Origin: Candidatus Termititenax sp.
GTDB taxonomy: Bacteria; Margulisbacteria; Riflemargulisbacteria; GWF2-35-9; DYQY01
Reading direction: 5' to 3'
Assembly: GCA_020719045.1 (NCBI GenBank)
Contig: DYQY01000001.1
Span: 128,198 to 192,197, forward strand
DNA length: 64,000 nt
A program made the translations under genes and the position numbers. Below the pieces are notes generated by a model. That model was not told the DNA's origin. It saw nothing but the letters and a program-made list of their open reading frames with translations, and did not search any database. The stretch's first letter is position 1, and each line of letters begins with the position of its first letter. Positions 49,742-59,608 of this stretch are shown one piece after another.

Positions 49742-50831
49742 TGCCCACTTACTTTCGCTTGGAAAAAATTATAGAAACACGGGAATTAGTGTTTATATAA
49801 AGAACGTACTGAACGGTATGCATGACCTTGGTACTATCAATATGAATATTTATTCGTCAGAAAGGGAGCTTTATTCGTTTTATCCTAATTTTCATCATAG
49901 TGTTTCAAGGTTGAAGACGGCATCACCTGCTCAGAGAATAGTGTGGGAGCAGTTGGTCGCTCCTTTTGTATGTAAGAAAGATAAGTTAAGGTTATTTCAT
50001 TCACCACTTAATGTTTGTCCATATTTTAATATATCTGGGGTACGGCATGTTGTAACAGTTCACGATCTTGCAAACTTTGTTTATCCACAGTTTTACAATC
50101 ATTGGAAGCAGAAGTATTTAACAAAAGCAGCACAAGTAACTTTGCCGAAAGCAGATAGGCTAATTGCTGTTTCTGAAAGTACGAAAAAGGATTTAGTTGA
50201 GATATTGGGTATACCAGAGAATAAAGTTACAGTTATTCACAATGGATTTAATTTAAAAGATGTTAAGGCAGAAAGGTTAGATGTATTATTGCCTGATGAA
50301 TTTTTGCTTTTTGTAGGAACAATGGAGCCACGAAAGAATTTGGCAAATCTGATGAGAGCATTAATTAAGTTGGCTGAGGAAAGTAAGGTTATGGTGCCGA
50401 TTGTTCTGGTTGGGCCTGCAGGATGGAAGCATAGTGAGGCTAATGAGTTAATTGATATATATTCTAAAGTTAGGCAAGTTGTAAGACTGGGCTATGTTTC
50501 TGATGGTCAGCTTTTAAGTCTTTACAAAAAAGCGCTAGCCTTTGTTTATCCGTCATATTACGAGGGGTTTGGTTTGCCGATTATTGAAGCGATGAGTGCT
50601 GGTGTTCCAGTGATTTGTGGCAACAATTCTTCTCAAGTTGAAGTAGGAGGTGATGCTGTTGTCTCTGTTTGCGCTGATAATTACCATGACATTGCAGAGA
50701 AGATACTTTATGTAATGAATAATGCTACTTTAAGAAAAACAATGAGTGAAAAAGGAATGATTCAGGCAAAGAAGTTTGATTGGGGCAAAGCTTCAAAGCA
50801 AACGATTAATGTGTATAATGAGTTGATATGA
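49701..50831 (+). CDS. Family 4 (GT-B) glycosyltransferase
   Basis: …EGFGLPIIEAMSAGVPVICGNNSSQVEV. The start is uncertain: ATG at 49701, or GTG at 49728 giving VIGFNAHLL. Confidence 0.8.
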   Translation: MSQCIRESAVIGFNAHLLSLGKNYRNTGISVYIKNVLNGMHDLGTINMNIYSSERELYSFYPNFHHSVSRLKTASPAQRIVWEQLVAPFVCKKDKLRLFHSPLNVCPYFNISGVRHVVTVHDLANFVYPQFYNHWKQKYLTKAAQVTLPKADRLIAVSESTKKDLVEILGIPENKVTVIHNGFNLKDVKAERLDVLLPDEFLLFVGTMEPRKNLANLMRALIKLAEESKVMVPIVLVGPAGWKHSEANELIDIYSKVRQVVRLGYVSDGQLLSLYKKALAFVYPSYYEGFGLPIIEAMSAGVPVICGNNSSQVEVGGDAVVSVCADNYHDIAEKILYVMNNATLRKTMSEKGMIQAKKFDWGKASKQTINVYNELI

Positions 50832-51364
50832 AAGATAAATTAAATATTGGTTGCGGGAATGATATTAGGGATGGATATGTTAATTTGGACATGTATCCTT
50901 TGCCTGGAGTAGATGTTGTTCATGATTTGTTAGTAATTCCATTACCATTTGAGGATAAGCAGTTTTCAGAGGTTGTTTGCAAAGATGTTTTAGAACACTT
51001 GGAATATGGTGGGTTGATGGCTGATATTTATAGGGTAATGAAACCAGGCGCTTCATTATATATTCGTGTGCCACATTTTACTTCAAGAGATAATTATTTA
51101 GATCCAACACATAAAAAGAAGTTTTCTTTTCGTGCATTAGAGTTTTTTGTAAAAGGATCAAAGTTTGGACGAGAGTATTACTTTGGTTTTCAAGGGTACA
51201 GCACCATTAAAACAGAGCTTACTTTCAAGAAAGGACTAATGTTCTGGAATTATCTTGTAGAAGCGCTAGTTAATTCTAGCTTTACTGCAAAGAGCATTTA
51301 TGAACTTACGATTCTTTGCTATATGTTTCCAGCAAGAAACATAAATATTGTGCTTAATAAATAG
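50828..51364 (+). CDS. Class I SAM-dependent methyltransferase
   Basis: Motif I LNIGCGNDIRDGYVNLDM. Overlaps the upstream GT4 gene by 4 bp. Confidence 0.7.
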   Translation: MKDKLNIGCGNDIRDGYVNLDMYPLPGVDVVHDLLVIPLPFEDKQFSEVVCKDVLEHLEYGGLMADIYRVMKPGASLYIRVPHFTSRDNYLDPTHKKKFSFRALEFFVKGSKFGREYYFGFQGYSTIKTELTFKKGLMFWNYLVEALVNSSFTAKSIYELTILCYMFPARNINIVLNK

Positions 51365-51590
51365 CTAGAGTTCTTCTTCTGAAATATTTTTCTGTTTGTA
51401 AGTTACAATAATAAAAAAATTAAACAAAATTGTACACTACCAGATCCGCTGTATTCAATGTTGCAGTGGATGACTCAAAAATTAATTCAATGTGAAGCAG
51501 AAAGCATTGTTGGTCAGAGCAGGTTAGCATTTATTGAAAAATTAATACCATTTTTGGTGCGCAAAACTAGTTATACACCTAGTATATTTT

Positions 51591-52229
51591 TCAAAATAAA
51601 TAAAACTTAATTAGTTTATCTTCGATTATAACTTTTGAAAAACCAACATTATTTTGAATCCAGGTTATCGTTTCTTTTTGATAAATAAACACATGAGCTG
51701 GGTCATCTTTATAGTACCATTTCGTAAAACCTATAGTCGCATCATAAAGTGAGGTCATGCAAAAGAGTGCTCCGTTATTCTTAAGTAAGCTTTTAAGTAA
51801 TTTGAATTCTTTTAGAGGGTCATAGAAATGCTCTACCACCTCACAGCAAGCAATGTAGTCATATTGATGATTTAGAAGTTCTGGGAAGTTGTGGAAATAG
51901 GGGTCATATAGTTTAATGTTATAACCATCATCAGTTAATAATTTTGATATTACTGGTCCTGTACCAGCACCAAAGTCTAGCCCTTGGTGTGTTGATGTGT
52001 ATTCTTTAAAGATAGCTTTTGTTATTGGAGATACAAAGTTTTGATAACGGATATCATTGACATCATTATTATGCGTCTCATATCTTTTCTTTTCTGAAAT
52101 AGAATCAAGCAGAAAATGTTTTGGGCGAAATATTCCTGAGCAAGTTGAGCAGATAAAGAATTTTTCTTGGAAGAAGTTTTCGGAAAGACTGCCGCAAAGA
52201 GGACAAGTTGGATTAATTGTGGAATTCAT
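51591..52229 (-). CDS. Class I SAM-dependent methyltransferase with an N-terminal Cys4 zinc-ribbon
   Basis: CPLCGS…CSTCSG, then motif I DFGAGTGPV. Confidence 0.7.
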   Translation of the reverse strand: MNSTINPTCPLCGSLSENFFQEKFFICSTCSGIFRPKHFLLDSISEKKRYETHNNDVNDIRYQNFVSPITKAIFKEYTSTHQGLDFGAGTGPVISKLLTDDGYNIKLYDPYFHNFPELLNHQYDYIACCEVVEHFYDPLKEFKLLKSLLKNNGALFCMTSLYDATIGFTKWYYKDDPAHVFIYQKETITWIQNNVGFSKVIIEDKLIKFYLF

Positions 52230-52368
52230 TAGTTGATTTTATCATGCATCATTGTTAGTCTGTAGGAAAAAGTTAAAGAAGCTGTAATTTAATTATGATA
52301 CAATATTGTATTAAAATAGGCATTTAAGTAGTTAATGTTTTGTGATGGTAATGATGGAGGGAAGTTAA

Positions 52369-53049
52369 ATGCTCAAGAATTTTTTTGATGTTTTACACGG
52401 TAAAGACTTCATTAGCAAGATACATGAAGACTTTTCAAATATGCTTGAGTTATCTGAGAAGATGTTTAGAGAAGCTCAGTGGTACCTCTTTGTCGAAGAG
52501 ACAGAAGAAGATATGCATGATGAAATATTCAAGATGGATAAAGAGATAAATAAGTTGGAAGGAAATATTAGGTCTAAGATACTTGAGCATCTTTCACTAA
52601 GGGTATTCACTGATATACCAGCATCGCTTGTAATGATGAGCGTTGTTAAAGATGCAGAAAGACTAGGCGATTATATTAAAAATATTAGTGAAGCAAGAAC
52701 GATACTGAATGGGCCAGTAAATCAGGCTATTTATCAGGAATTATTGGGTGAAGTGGAGATTAAGATTACAGAGATGTTTAGTTTTACCAAAGAAGCATTT
52801 ATTAGCTCTAATAAGGAACTTGCAGAGCAGGTAGGTAATAGCAAGAAGATATTGTCAGTAAAGTGTGAAGATATAATACAAAAAATAGCGTCTAGCAATA
52901 TGAGCGCAAGGGATGCTGTAGCATATGCTTTGTTAACTAGATATTACAAAAGACTAGTTTCTCATTTAGGCAATATTGCTACAACTGTTATTTTGCCTTT
53001 TTCAGAGATAGGTCATTATCACTCACTTGTTCAGGGCAACAAAGGATAA
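52369..53049 (+). CDS. PhoU-family protein
   Basis: PhoU repeat motif …DAERLGDYIKNI… and two helical repeats. Length 226 aa. Confidence 0.6.
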   Translation: MLKNFFDVLHGKDFISKIHEDFSNMLELSEKMFREAQWYLFVEETEEDMHDEIFKMDKEINKLEGNIRSKILEHLSLRVFTDIPASLVMMSVVKDAERLGDYIKNISEARTILNGPVNQAIYQELLGEVEIKITEMFSFTKEAFISSNKELAEQVGNSKKILSVKCEDIIQKIASSNMSARDAVAYALLTRYYKRLVSHLGNIATTVILPFSEIGHYHSLVQGNKG

Positions 53050-53064
53050 TGATTTAGTTTCAGA

Positions 53065-54246
53065 TTACTCTGATGTCAGTAAGTGTTTTTCTGAATAGTT
53101 TATACCCATTAGGCCTATTGGTGCAGTAAAAAGTATTGCGAGAACGGCAAGTGCCAGAATTGTGCCACCCTCAGCAATTCCAGAAGAAAGAGCCACTCCA
53201 CCAAGCGCTGCTTGTACTGTGGCTTTTGGAACATAAGCGATAGCACAAAAGATTTTTTCGTTTTTGGTTAATGATGAGTCTTTGGTAGATAAATATACAC
53301 CAATGGAGCGAAATAGTAGCCCAACTATAATTATAATAAGGCCAAAGAATCCTGTAGTTAAGGCTAGTATTGGATCAACAGTAAGACCAATTAGTACAAA
53401 TAGGATAATTTCAGCAACAATCCAAATTTTGCTGAGATTATTTGCTGTCTGGTGAGCAATTTCTTCTTCTTTTTTTAAGATAATAAAGCCCGTTGCCATC
53501 ACTCCAAGCAAGGCTACACTATGAACAATATTTCCAAGCTCTACCAATAAAAGAGAGACAATAAGTAAGATAATTGTTTTAATTGTTGCGATAAACAATT
53601 TATGTTTTTTATTAAAGAGAGCAACCAGAGCATTACCTGCAAGTATACCTGGAATAATCCCTACTATTAGGGAGTATGGTATTGATAGAATGCTCAAAAT
53701 TAATGGTAGTTCTCCAACTGTTGCTATTGATAAGAAAAAGGAGAAAACGGCAATAGCAAAAATATTATCAACAGAGGCGCCTGCTAAAATAATGGTTGGG
53801 ACATCGTTTTTGTTGCCAAAGCCTTTATCCTTTAGCTTTAGCATGGATGGAACAATGATTGCAGGAGAAACAGCCGCAAGCATAAAGGCAGAAAGTCCTG
53901 ATACGTTCCAACTAAATCCAAGGATAAAATGAAAGATAATTGATAAAGCTATTCCTTCAAAGATGCAGGGTATAAATGACATAAGCATAGCAGTTTTGCT
54001 TGCCTGTTTGTCAGACTGTCTATTTAGACCAAGGCTTGCTCTTAGCAAAATTACAACCAATGCAAATGATTTAAGGTATGGTTCTATTTTAGCTAGGGTA
54101 GGTGGCAAATATCCGTTTAGGTGAAAACCCATGATTATGCCCCAAACAACCATCCCAACAATAGAGGGTACGCCAAACCTTGAGCAAAGTTTGCTTGAAA
54201 GCCAGCCACCTATTATGATTGAAGAAAAAACAATCAGGCTCATCAT
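53065..54246 (-). CDS. Cation:proton antiporter (Na+/H+ exchanger family, CPA-like)
   Basis: About 11 transmembrane helices. The N-terminus resembles the Na_H_Exchanger family. Confidence 0.55.
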   Translation of the reverse strand: MMSLIVFSSIIIGGWLSSKLCSRFGVPSIVGMVVWGIIMGFHLNGYLPPTLAKIEPYLKSFALVVILLRASLGLNRQSDKQASKTAMLMSFIPCIFEGIALSIIFHFILGFSWNVSGLSAFMLAAVSPAIIVPSMLKLKDKGFGNKNDVPTIILAGASVDNIFAIAVFSFFLSIATVGELPLILSILSIPYSLIVGIIPGILAGNALVALFNKKHKLFIATIKTIILLIVSLLLVELGNIVHSVALLGVMATGFIILKKEEEIAHQTANNLSKIWIVAEIILFVLIGLTVDPILALTTGFFGLIIIIVGLLFRSIGVYLSTKDSSLTKNEKIFCAIAYVPKATVQAALGGVALSSGIAEGGTILALAVLAILFTAPIGLMGINYSEKHLLTSE

Positions 54247-54280
54247 CTTATTATTTAATATAACAGTTTTTTGGCATGAG

Positions 54281-54772
54281 TTAAAGCATCATCGAAGGAA
54301 TTAAAGATACATGTCTCATTCTGATTATCATCACTTTACTTTTAAGTCCAATTTCTTTAATGATTTCCGCATAGGATCTTGCGGATGCGAAGAATAATGG
54401 ACCACTAATCTCATAGATGGTAATTCCATATTGTGAAATCAGTAGGTATTCGGCCAAATAGGCTTTCAATGGTAGTCACTGGTAATTCTAATAATTTTAC
54501 AGCAAGAGTGGTTAGAATTATGGCTATAAATGCTCCCGTTGGTCCACCAATTTGAACCAAGCTACCACCAAGTAGGGAGATAATAGCTCCAGCTATTATT
54601 GCAGTAATTATTCCTTTTTCTGGGGATACGCCAGAGGCAACAGCAAAGGCAATAGCTAGTGGTAATGCGACCCCCCTACTACTATCCCTGCCATTATATC
54701 TTTAATGATTTGTTTTTTGCTTATGCCTTCTTTTAAAAGGCTGAATAGTTTTGGTTTAAAAATCTCTTCCAT
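54281..54772 (-). pseudogene. SulP-family sulfate/anion permease remnant: N-terminal ~95 aa plus partial STAS domain
   Basis: Minus strand reads [33 protein letters not shown]… (SulP N-terminus). It is broken by a -1 frameshift in a run of six G (54689-54694, plus strand CCCCCC). It continues …[16 protein letters not shown]… and then jumps straight into a STAS-like segment (…[18 protein letters not shown]…IIRMRHV) with a premature stop. The transmembrane core is missing. Confidence 0.6.
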
Positions 54773-54865
54773 ATTTATTTTTAATTTTACACCTAATAGA
54801 GATAATAAATAGATACATTTTATTCATTTTTCAATATTTAAAAAATGAGCTAAAATAGCAAGGAT

Positions 54866-57800
54866 ATGCCAAAAAGAACAGACATAAAAAAAATACTCAT
54901 TATCGGGTCAGGACCAATCGTTATTGGGCAAGCATGTGAGTTTGATTATTCCGGAACACAAGCAGTTAAAGCGTTAAAAGAAGAAGGCTACGAAGTTATA
55001 TTAATTAACAGTAACCCAGCCTCAATTATGACTGATCCAGAGATTGCCGATAGAACCTTTATTGAGCCAATTACTCCTACAACAGTTGCCAAAATAATAG
55101 AGAAGGAAAAACCAGACGCGTTACTTCCAACTATGGGTGGCCAAACAGCATTGAACACAGCGAAAGCTTTGTATGAAGATGGAACCCTGGAGAAGTATGG
55201 CGTAGAACTTATTGGTGCAAAATATGAGGCCATAAATAAGGCCGAAGATAGATTTTTGTTTAAAGAAGCGATGAAAAAGATTGGAGTAGGAACTCCTGCA
55301 TCAGACTTTGCGTATACTGTAGAGGATGCTCTTAGGATCTCAGAGAGTATTGGATATCCGCTTATACTACGACCTGCCTTTACCCTTGGTGGAACAGGTG
55401 GTGGAATCGCTTATAATCGTGAAGAATTAATAGAATTAGTTGCTAAAGGTATTCATGAGAGTCCAATTAACCAAGTTTTAGTTGAGCAGTCTGTCTTGGG
55501 CTGGAAAGAATATGAGCTAGAAGTAATGAAGGACTCGAAGGATAACGTAACAATTATTTGTTCAATAGAGAATTTTGATGCAATGGGCGTTCATACTGGA
55601 GACAGTATTACAGTTGCTCCAGCTCAAACATTAACTGATAAAGAATATCAGAGGTTAAGAGACTATTCTTTGGCAATTATGCGAGAAATTGGCGTTGATT
55701 GTGGCGGTAGTAATATTCAGTTTGCAGTTAATCCAGATAATGGCAATGTAATAGTTATTGAGATGAATCCAAGAGTATCAAGAAGCTCGGCGTTAGCATC
55801 CAAGGCAACAGGGTTCCCGATAGCTAAATTTGCTGCAAAACTAGCGGTTGGCTATACTTTAGATGAGATACCAAACGATATTACTCAAGAAACTCCCGCT
55901 TCATTTGAGCCTACCTTAGATTATGTTGTAACGAAGATTCCAAGATTTGCTTTTGAGAAATTCCCAAATGCAGACGCTACGCTTAACACAACAATGAAGT
56001 CAGTTGGTGAGGCAATGGCTATTGGAAGAACTTTTAAGGAAAGCATGAATAAGGCACTACGCTCAATGGAAATAGGTCATTATGGTTTTGATAATAAAGG
56101 AACTATTGATAGTTTATTATTGATAGAGAAGCTTAGAGTCCCTAATGTGGACAGGATCTACTACATTAAAGAGGCGTTTAGGCAGAGTTATACTGTTGAA
56201 GAGATTTATGATATTACTAAAATTGATCCTTGGTTTTTGTCACAGCTAAAAGAAATATATGACCTTGAGCTAGAAATAGCACAAACAGAAGACATCTCTT
56301 CTGAATTACTATATAAAGCAAAGCAATATGGATTTTCAGATAACCATTTAGCACAGATTCTTGGTGTTAAAGAGACAGAAGTAAGACAGGTACGTAAGGA
56401 AATGGGCATCGCGCCTGTTTATAAAATGGTTGATACTTGCGCAGCAGAATTTATTGCAAAAACACCATATTATTATTCAACATACGATGATGAAGATGAG
56501 GTTATTCCATCAAGTAGAGACAAGATAATGGTTTTAGGTGGCGGACCAAACAGAATAGGTCAAGGCATAGAGTTTGACTATTGTTGTGTACACGCTTCTT
56601 TAGCTATTAGAGAAATGGGCAAAGAATCAATAATGGTTAATAGTAATCCAGAAACAGTAAGTACAGACTATGATATCTCTGACAGATTATATTTTGAACC
56701 ACTTACATTCGAAGATGTTATGGCAGTAATCGAGAAAGAAAAGCCAAAAGGTGTAATAGTTCAGTTTGGTGGACAGACTCCATTAAAACTTGCAGACAGA
56801 TTATTAGAAGCAGGAGCTCCTATTATTGGTACATCACCAAAGTCGATTGACTTAGCAGAAGATAGAGAATTGTTTGGAGAGCTAGTTAACAAGTTAGGCC
56901 TTAAGCAACCAAATAATGGGATAGCAAGAAATATTGACGAAGCGATTACCAACGCATCAAGAATTGGATATCCAGTAGTAGTTCGTCCATCATATGTTTT
57001 AGGTGGAAGAGCGATGGAGATAGTTTATGACGAGGCAGACTTGAGAAGGTATATGACTTATGCTGTAGTTGCATCTGAAGATAGACCAGTATTGATAGAC
57101 TCATTTTTGGAAAATGCGGTAGAGGTAGACGTTGATGCTGTAGCAGACGGAAAAGACTGTGTTATTGCTGGAATTATGGAGCATATTGAAGAAGCAGGAA
57201 TCCATTCAGGAGACAGTGCGTGTATTCTTCCACCTCAGCATTTAAGTGAGAAGGTTATTAAAGTTATTAAAGAGCAAACAAAAGAGTTAGCTTTAGCACT
57301 ACAAGTTATAGGATTAATGAATATTCAGTTTGCTGTTAAAGATGAGGATGTTTATATTTTAGAAGTTAATCCAAGAGCCTCCCGTACAGTTCCTTTTGTA
57401 TCCAAAGCAAATGGCGTTCAGTGGGCAAAGATGGCAACAAGAGTAATGTTAGGTGAGACAATTAAGAGCCTTGGATTAAAAGAAGTTCATATTCCTTATA
57501 TCGCAGTTAAGGAAGCAGTCCTTCCATTTGCAAAGTTTACTGGTCAGGATACGATCCTAGGCCCCGAGATGAAATCTACTGGTGAAGTAATGGGAATATC
57601 GCCTTATTTTGGAAATGCATTTGCAAAAGCACAGATTGGTGCTGGTGAGAAATTTCCACTTAAGGGAACAGCCTTTGTGTCAGTAAATAATAAGGACAAA
57701 GCAGGTGTAGCAGTAGTGGTGGAAGGCTTAATTAAGCAGGGGTTTAAGATAGTATCTACTAAAGGAACAGCTCAGTACCTTAGAGAAAAAGGGTTTGAGG

Positions 57801-58066
57801 TTCAGGAAATACTTAAAGTTCATGAAGGAAGACCAAATATTACAGACTTAATGATGAATAAGGAAATTGATTTAATTATTAATACACCTATTGGAAAGAA
57901 TGCTGTGTCTGATGATAAGCATATTAGACATACAGCGTTGAAATATAAGATATTTACGGTAACAACAATTGCAGCGGCGAAGGCAGCTGTTGAAGGTGTT
58001 CGAAGCGCTAAGTACCACGAGAATCAAGTTAAAAGTTTACAGGAGCATTATTTAGACATCGTTTAG
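54866..58066 (+). CDS. carB: Carbamoyl-phosphate synthase large subunit
   Basis: Duplicated ATP-grasp domains and a C-terminal MGS-like domain. Length 1066 aa. Confidence 0.95.
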   Translation: MPKRTDIKKILIIGSGPIVIGQACEFDYSGTQAVKALKEEGYEVILINSNPASIMTDPEIADRTFIEPITPTTVAKIIEKEKPDALLPTMGGQTALNTAKALYEDGTLEKYGVELIGAKYEAINKAEDRFLFKEAMKKIGVGTPASDFAYTVEDALRISESIGYPLILRPAFTLGGTGGGIAYNREELIELVAKGIHESPINQVLVEQSVLGWKEYELEVMKDSKDNVTIICSIENFDAMGVHTGDSITVAPAQTLTDKEYQRLRDYSLAIMREIGVDCGGSNIQFAVNPDNGNVIVIEMNPRVSRSSALASKATGFPIAKFAAKLAVGYTLDEIPNDITQETPASFEPTLDYVVTKIPRFAFEKFPNADATLNTTMKSVGEAMAIGRTFKESMNKALRSMEIGHYGFDNKGTIDSLLLIEKLRVPNVDRIYYIKEAFRQSYTVEEIYDITKIDPWFLSQLKEIYDLELEIAQTEDISSELLYKAKQYGFSDNHLAQILGVKETEVRQVRKEMGIAPVYKMVDTCAAEFIAKTPYYYSTYDDEDEVIPSSRDKIMVLGGGPNRIGQGIEFDYCCVHASLAIREMGKESIMVNSNPETVSTDYDISDRLYFEPLTFEDVMAVIEKEKPKGVIVQFGGQTPLKLADRLLEAGAPIIGTSPKSIDLAEDRELFGELVNKLGLKQPNNGIARNIDEAITNASRIGYPVVVRPSYVLGGRAMEIVYDEADLRRYMTYAVVASEDRPVLIDSFLENAVEVDVDAVADGKDCVIAGIMEHIEEAGIHSGDSACILPPQHLSEKVIKVIKEQTKELALALQVIGLMNIQFAVKDEDVYILEVNPRASRTVPFVSKANGVQWAKMATRVMLGETIKSLGLKEVHIPYIAVKEAVLPFAKFTGQDTILGPEMKSTGEVMGISPYFGNAFAKAQIGAGEKFPLKGTAFVSVNNKDKAGVAVVVEGLIKQGFKIVSTKGTAQYLREKGFEVQEILKVHEGRPNITDLMMNKEIDLIINTPIGKNAVSDDKHIRHTALKYKIFTVTTIAAAKAAVEGVRSAKYHENQVKSLQEHYLDIV

Positions 58067-58566
58067 TAGATTTTAACTGTATAGAGCACGTTGGGAGAAG
58101 AAGCTGTTCTCGTAACGGATAGCTGGTATTTCTCGTTTTTGTCTCTCAAAGAGTTTGTTTCACTAAAGAACCTATCATAGAATTTCTCCGCTCCTGGAGA
58201 GGCTGAAATCGATATTGTTTTTACACCTGAACTGAGGAAAAGGCTAATCGCTGATAATAATAATTCGTCACCAACTCTTTGTCCCTGTTCTTCTTGTACA
58301 ATGGCAATCTTTGCTACTGACTTTGATGTTAAGTTTATCTTTATAAAACCAATAAATTCATTATCTTTAGCGGCAAATATTACAGTATTGTTTTGAGTGT
58401 TTTTGTAGTGCAACCAGGCTGATTTTATTGCTTTAAGAATTTTTGGGTCAGATAAATCTAGGTTTGTTACATTTAATAGTTTTGGGTTAAATTGTTCTAA
58501 TTTTAAGCTTTCTGACAAAATAGCGTCTGGTTTGTAATTGTAAGCACTAAATTCGATAAGTCGCAT
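58063..58566 (-). CDS. GNAT-family N-acetyltransferase-like protein
   Basis: Resembles acetyl-CoA binding motif A (…[13 protein letters not shown]…). Length 167 aa. Confidence 0.45.
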   Translation of the reverse strand: MRLIEFSAYNYKPDAILSESLKLEQFNPKLLNVTNLDLSDPKILKAIKSAWLHYKNTQNNTVIFAAKDNEFIGFIKINLTSKSVAKIAIVQEEQGQRVGDELLLSAISLFLSSGVKTISISASPGAEKFYDRFFSETNSLRDKNEKYQLSVTRTASSPNVLYTVKIY

Positions 58567-58775
58567 ATATGTGCAAAGCTCATGAATGGTAAATTGTTGG
58601 AGAACACCAGTGCAGGTAAATCAAATTTTTTCGACTTAGCTGAAACTATTTTTGTATTCATATAAATATGTCGAAAGTAGTATTAGATATACACACATAT
58701 TTTAATTAATTTGGATAAGCTCGTTGTGCTTTCGATACTCTTAACTAATATCATTAGTTCTTTTATAATGAATAA

Positions 58776-59516
58776 ATGCACAAGCCAACTAAAGTAGAGG
58801 TTAGATTAAACAGAGATATTGGTAAAATCATTTATGATCGTAAACTAATAGAGAATGGGGATAAGATTTTAATAGGTTTGTCTGGCGGGAAGGACAGTTG
58901 GACCTTGTGTTATTTTTTAAACGAATTTCGAAAAAAAGCTCCAATAGATTTTGAAGTCCATGTTTGTACTTTAGACGTATATTACGATGATAATCAGAAA
59001 AATCTTCTTAGGCAAGGAGTTGCTAGTTTAGGCCTAGAATACAGTATTTACGATAACCAGATTCTTGAAGTAATCAAAGACAAAAAGCGAGAAGGTTCAA
59101 GTCACTGTTCGTTTTGTGCCAGGCTACGTAGAGCGTACTTATATGAGGCTGCACAGAAGTTTGGCTGTAATAAGGTAGCTTTAGGCCACCATTTGGATGA
59201 CGCAATAGAAACGTATGTTATGAACATTTTTTATCAAGGAAGAACAATTGGCATGCCAGCCAAACTTAAAGCTACAAATGTAGAGGGAGTAGAGCTTATT
59301 AGACCACTACTTCTTTGTAAGGAGGGGGATATTGTTAAGTTTGTAGGAGAGAAAGAGTTTCCTATCGTTAAGTGTAATTGTGAAGATACCGTAAAGACTG
59401 ATGTAAGAAGGCAGTATGTTAAGGAGTTTCTTTCGAAACTAGAGGAAGAGAATGAAGGAGTAAAACAAACAATCCTTACTTCTATGCAGAATGTAGTTGC
59501 TGACCATATCTTTTAG
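58776..59516 (+). CDS. ttcA: tRNA 2-thiocytidine biosynthesis protein TtcA (PP-loop ATPase)
   Basis: PP-loop GLSGGKDS and CxxC pairs (CSFCARL; CNC). Confidence 0.8.
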   Translation: MHKPTKVEVRLNRDIGKIIYDRKLIENGDKILIGLSGGKDSWTLCYFLNEFRKKAPIDFEVHVCTLDVYYDDNQKNLLRQGVASLGLEYSIYDNQILEVIKDKKREGSSHCSFCARLRRAYLYEAAQKFGCNKVALGHHLDDAIETYVMNIFYQGRTIGMPAKLKATNVEGVELIRPLLLCKEGDIVKFVGEKEFPIVKCNCEDTVKTDVRRQYVKEFLSKLEEENEGVKQTILTSMQNVVADHIF

Positions 59517-59608
59517 AGCGTTATACAACAAACAATTCATACATAAAAAAAATATATATTTACGTTTATTAGTTGGATAAGTGGGCATAACTTAATCAGG
59601 AGATATAA

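Noticed and set aside
54470-54780. I initially considered 54281-54469 a small stand-alone STAS-domain ORF and 54470-54780 a promoter region for carB.
   Set aside because: Translation of the minus strand shows a SulP N-terminus contiguous with the STAS fragment. I reclassified it as a pseudogene.
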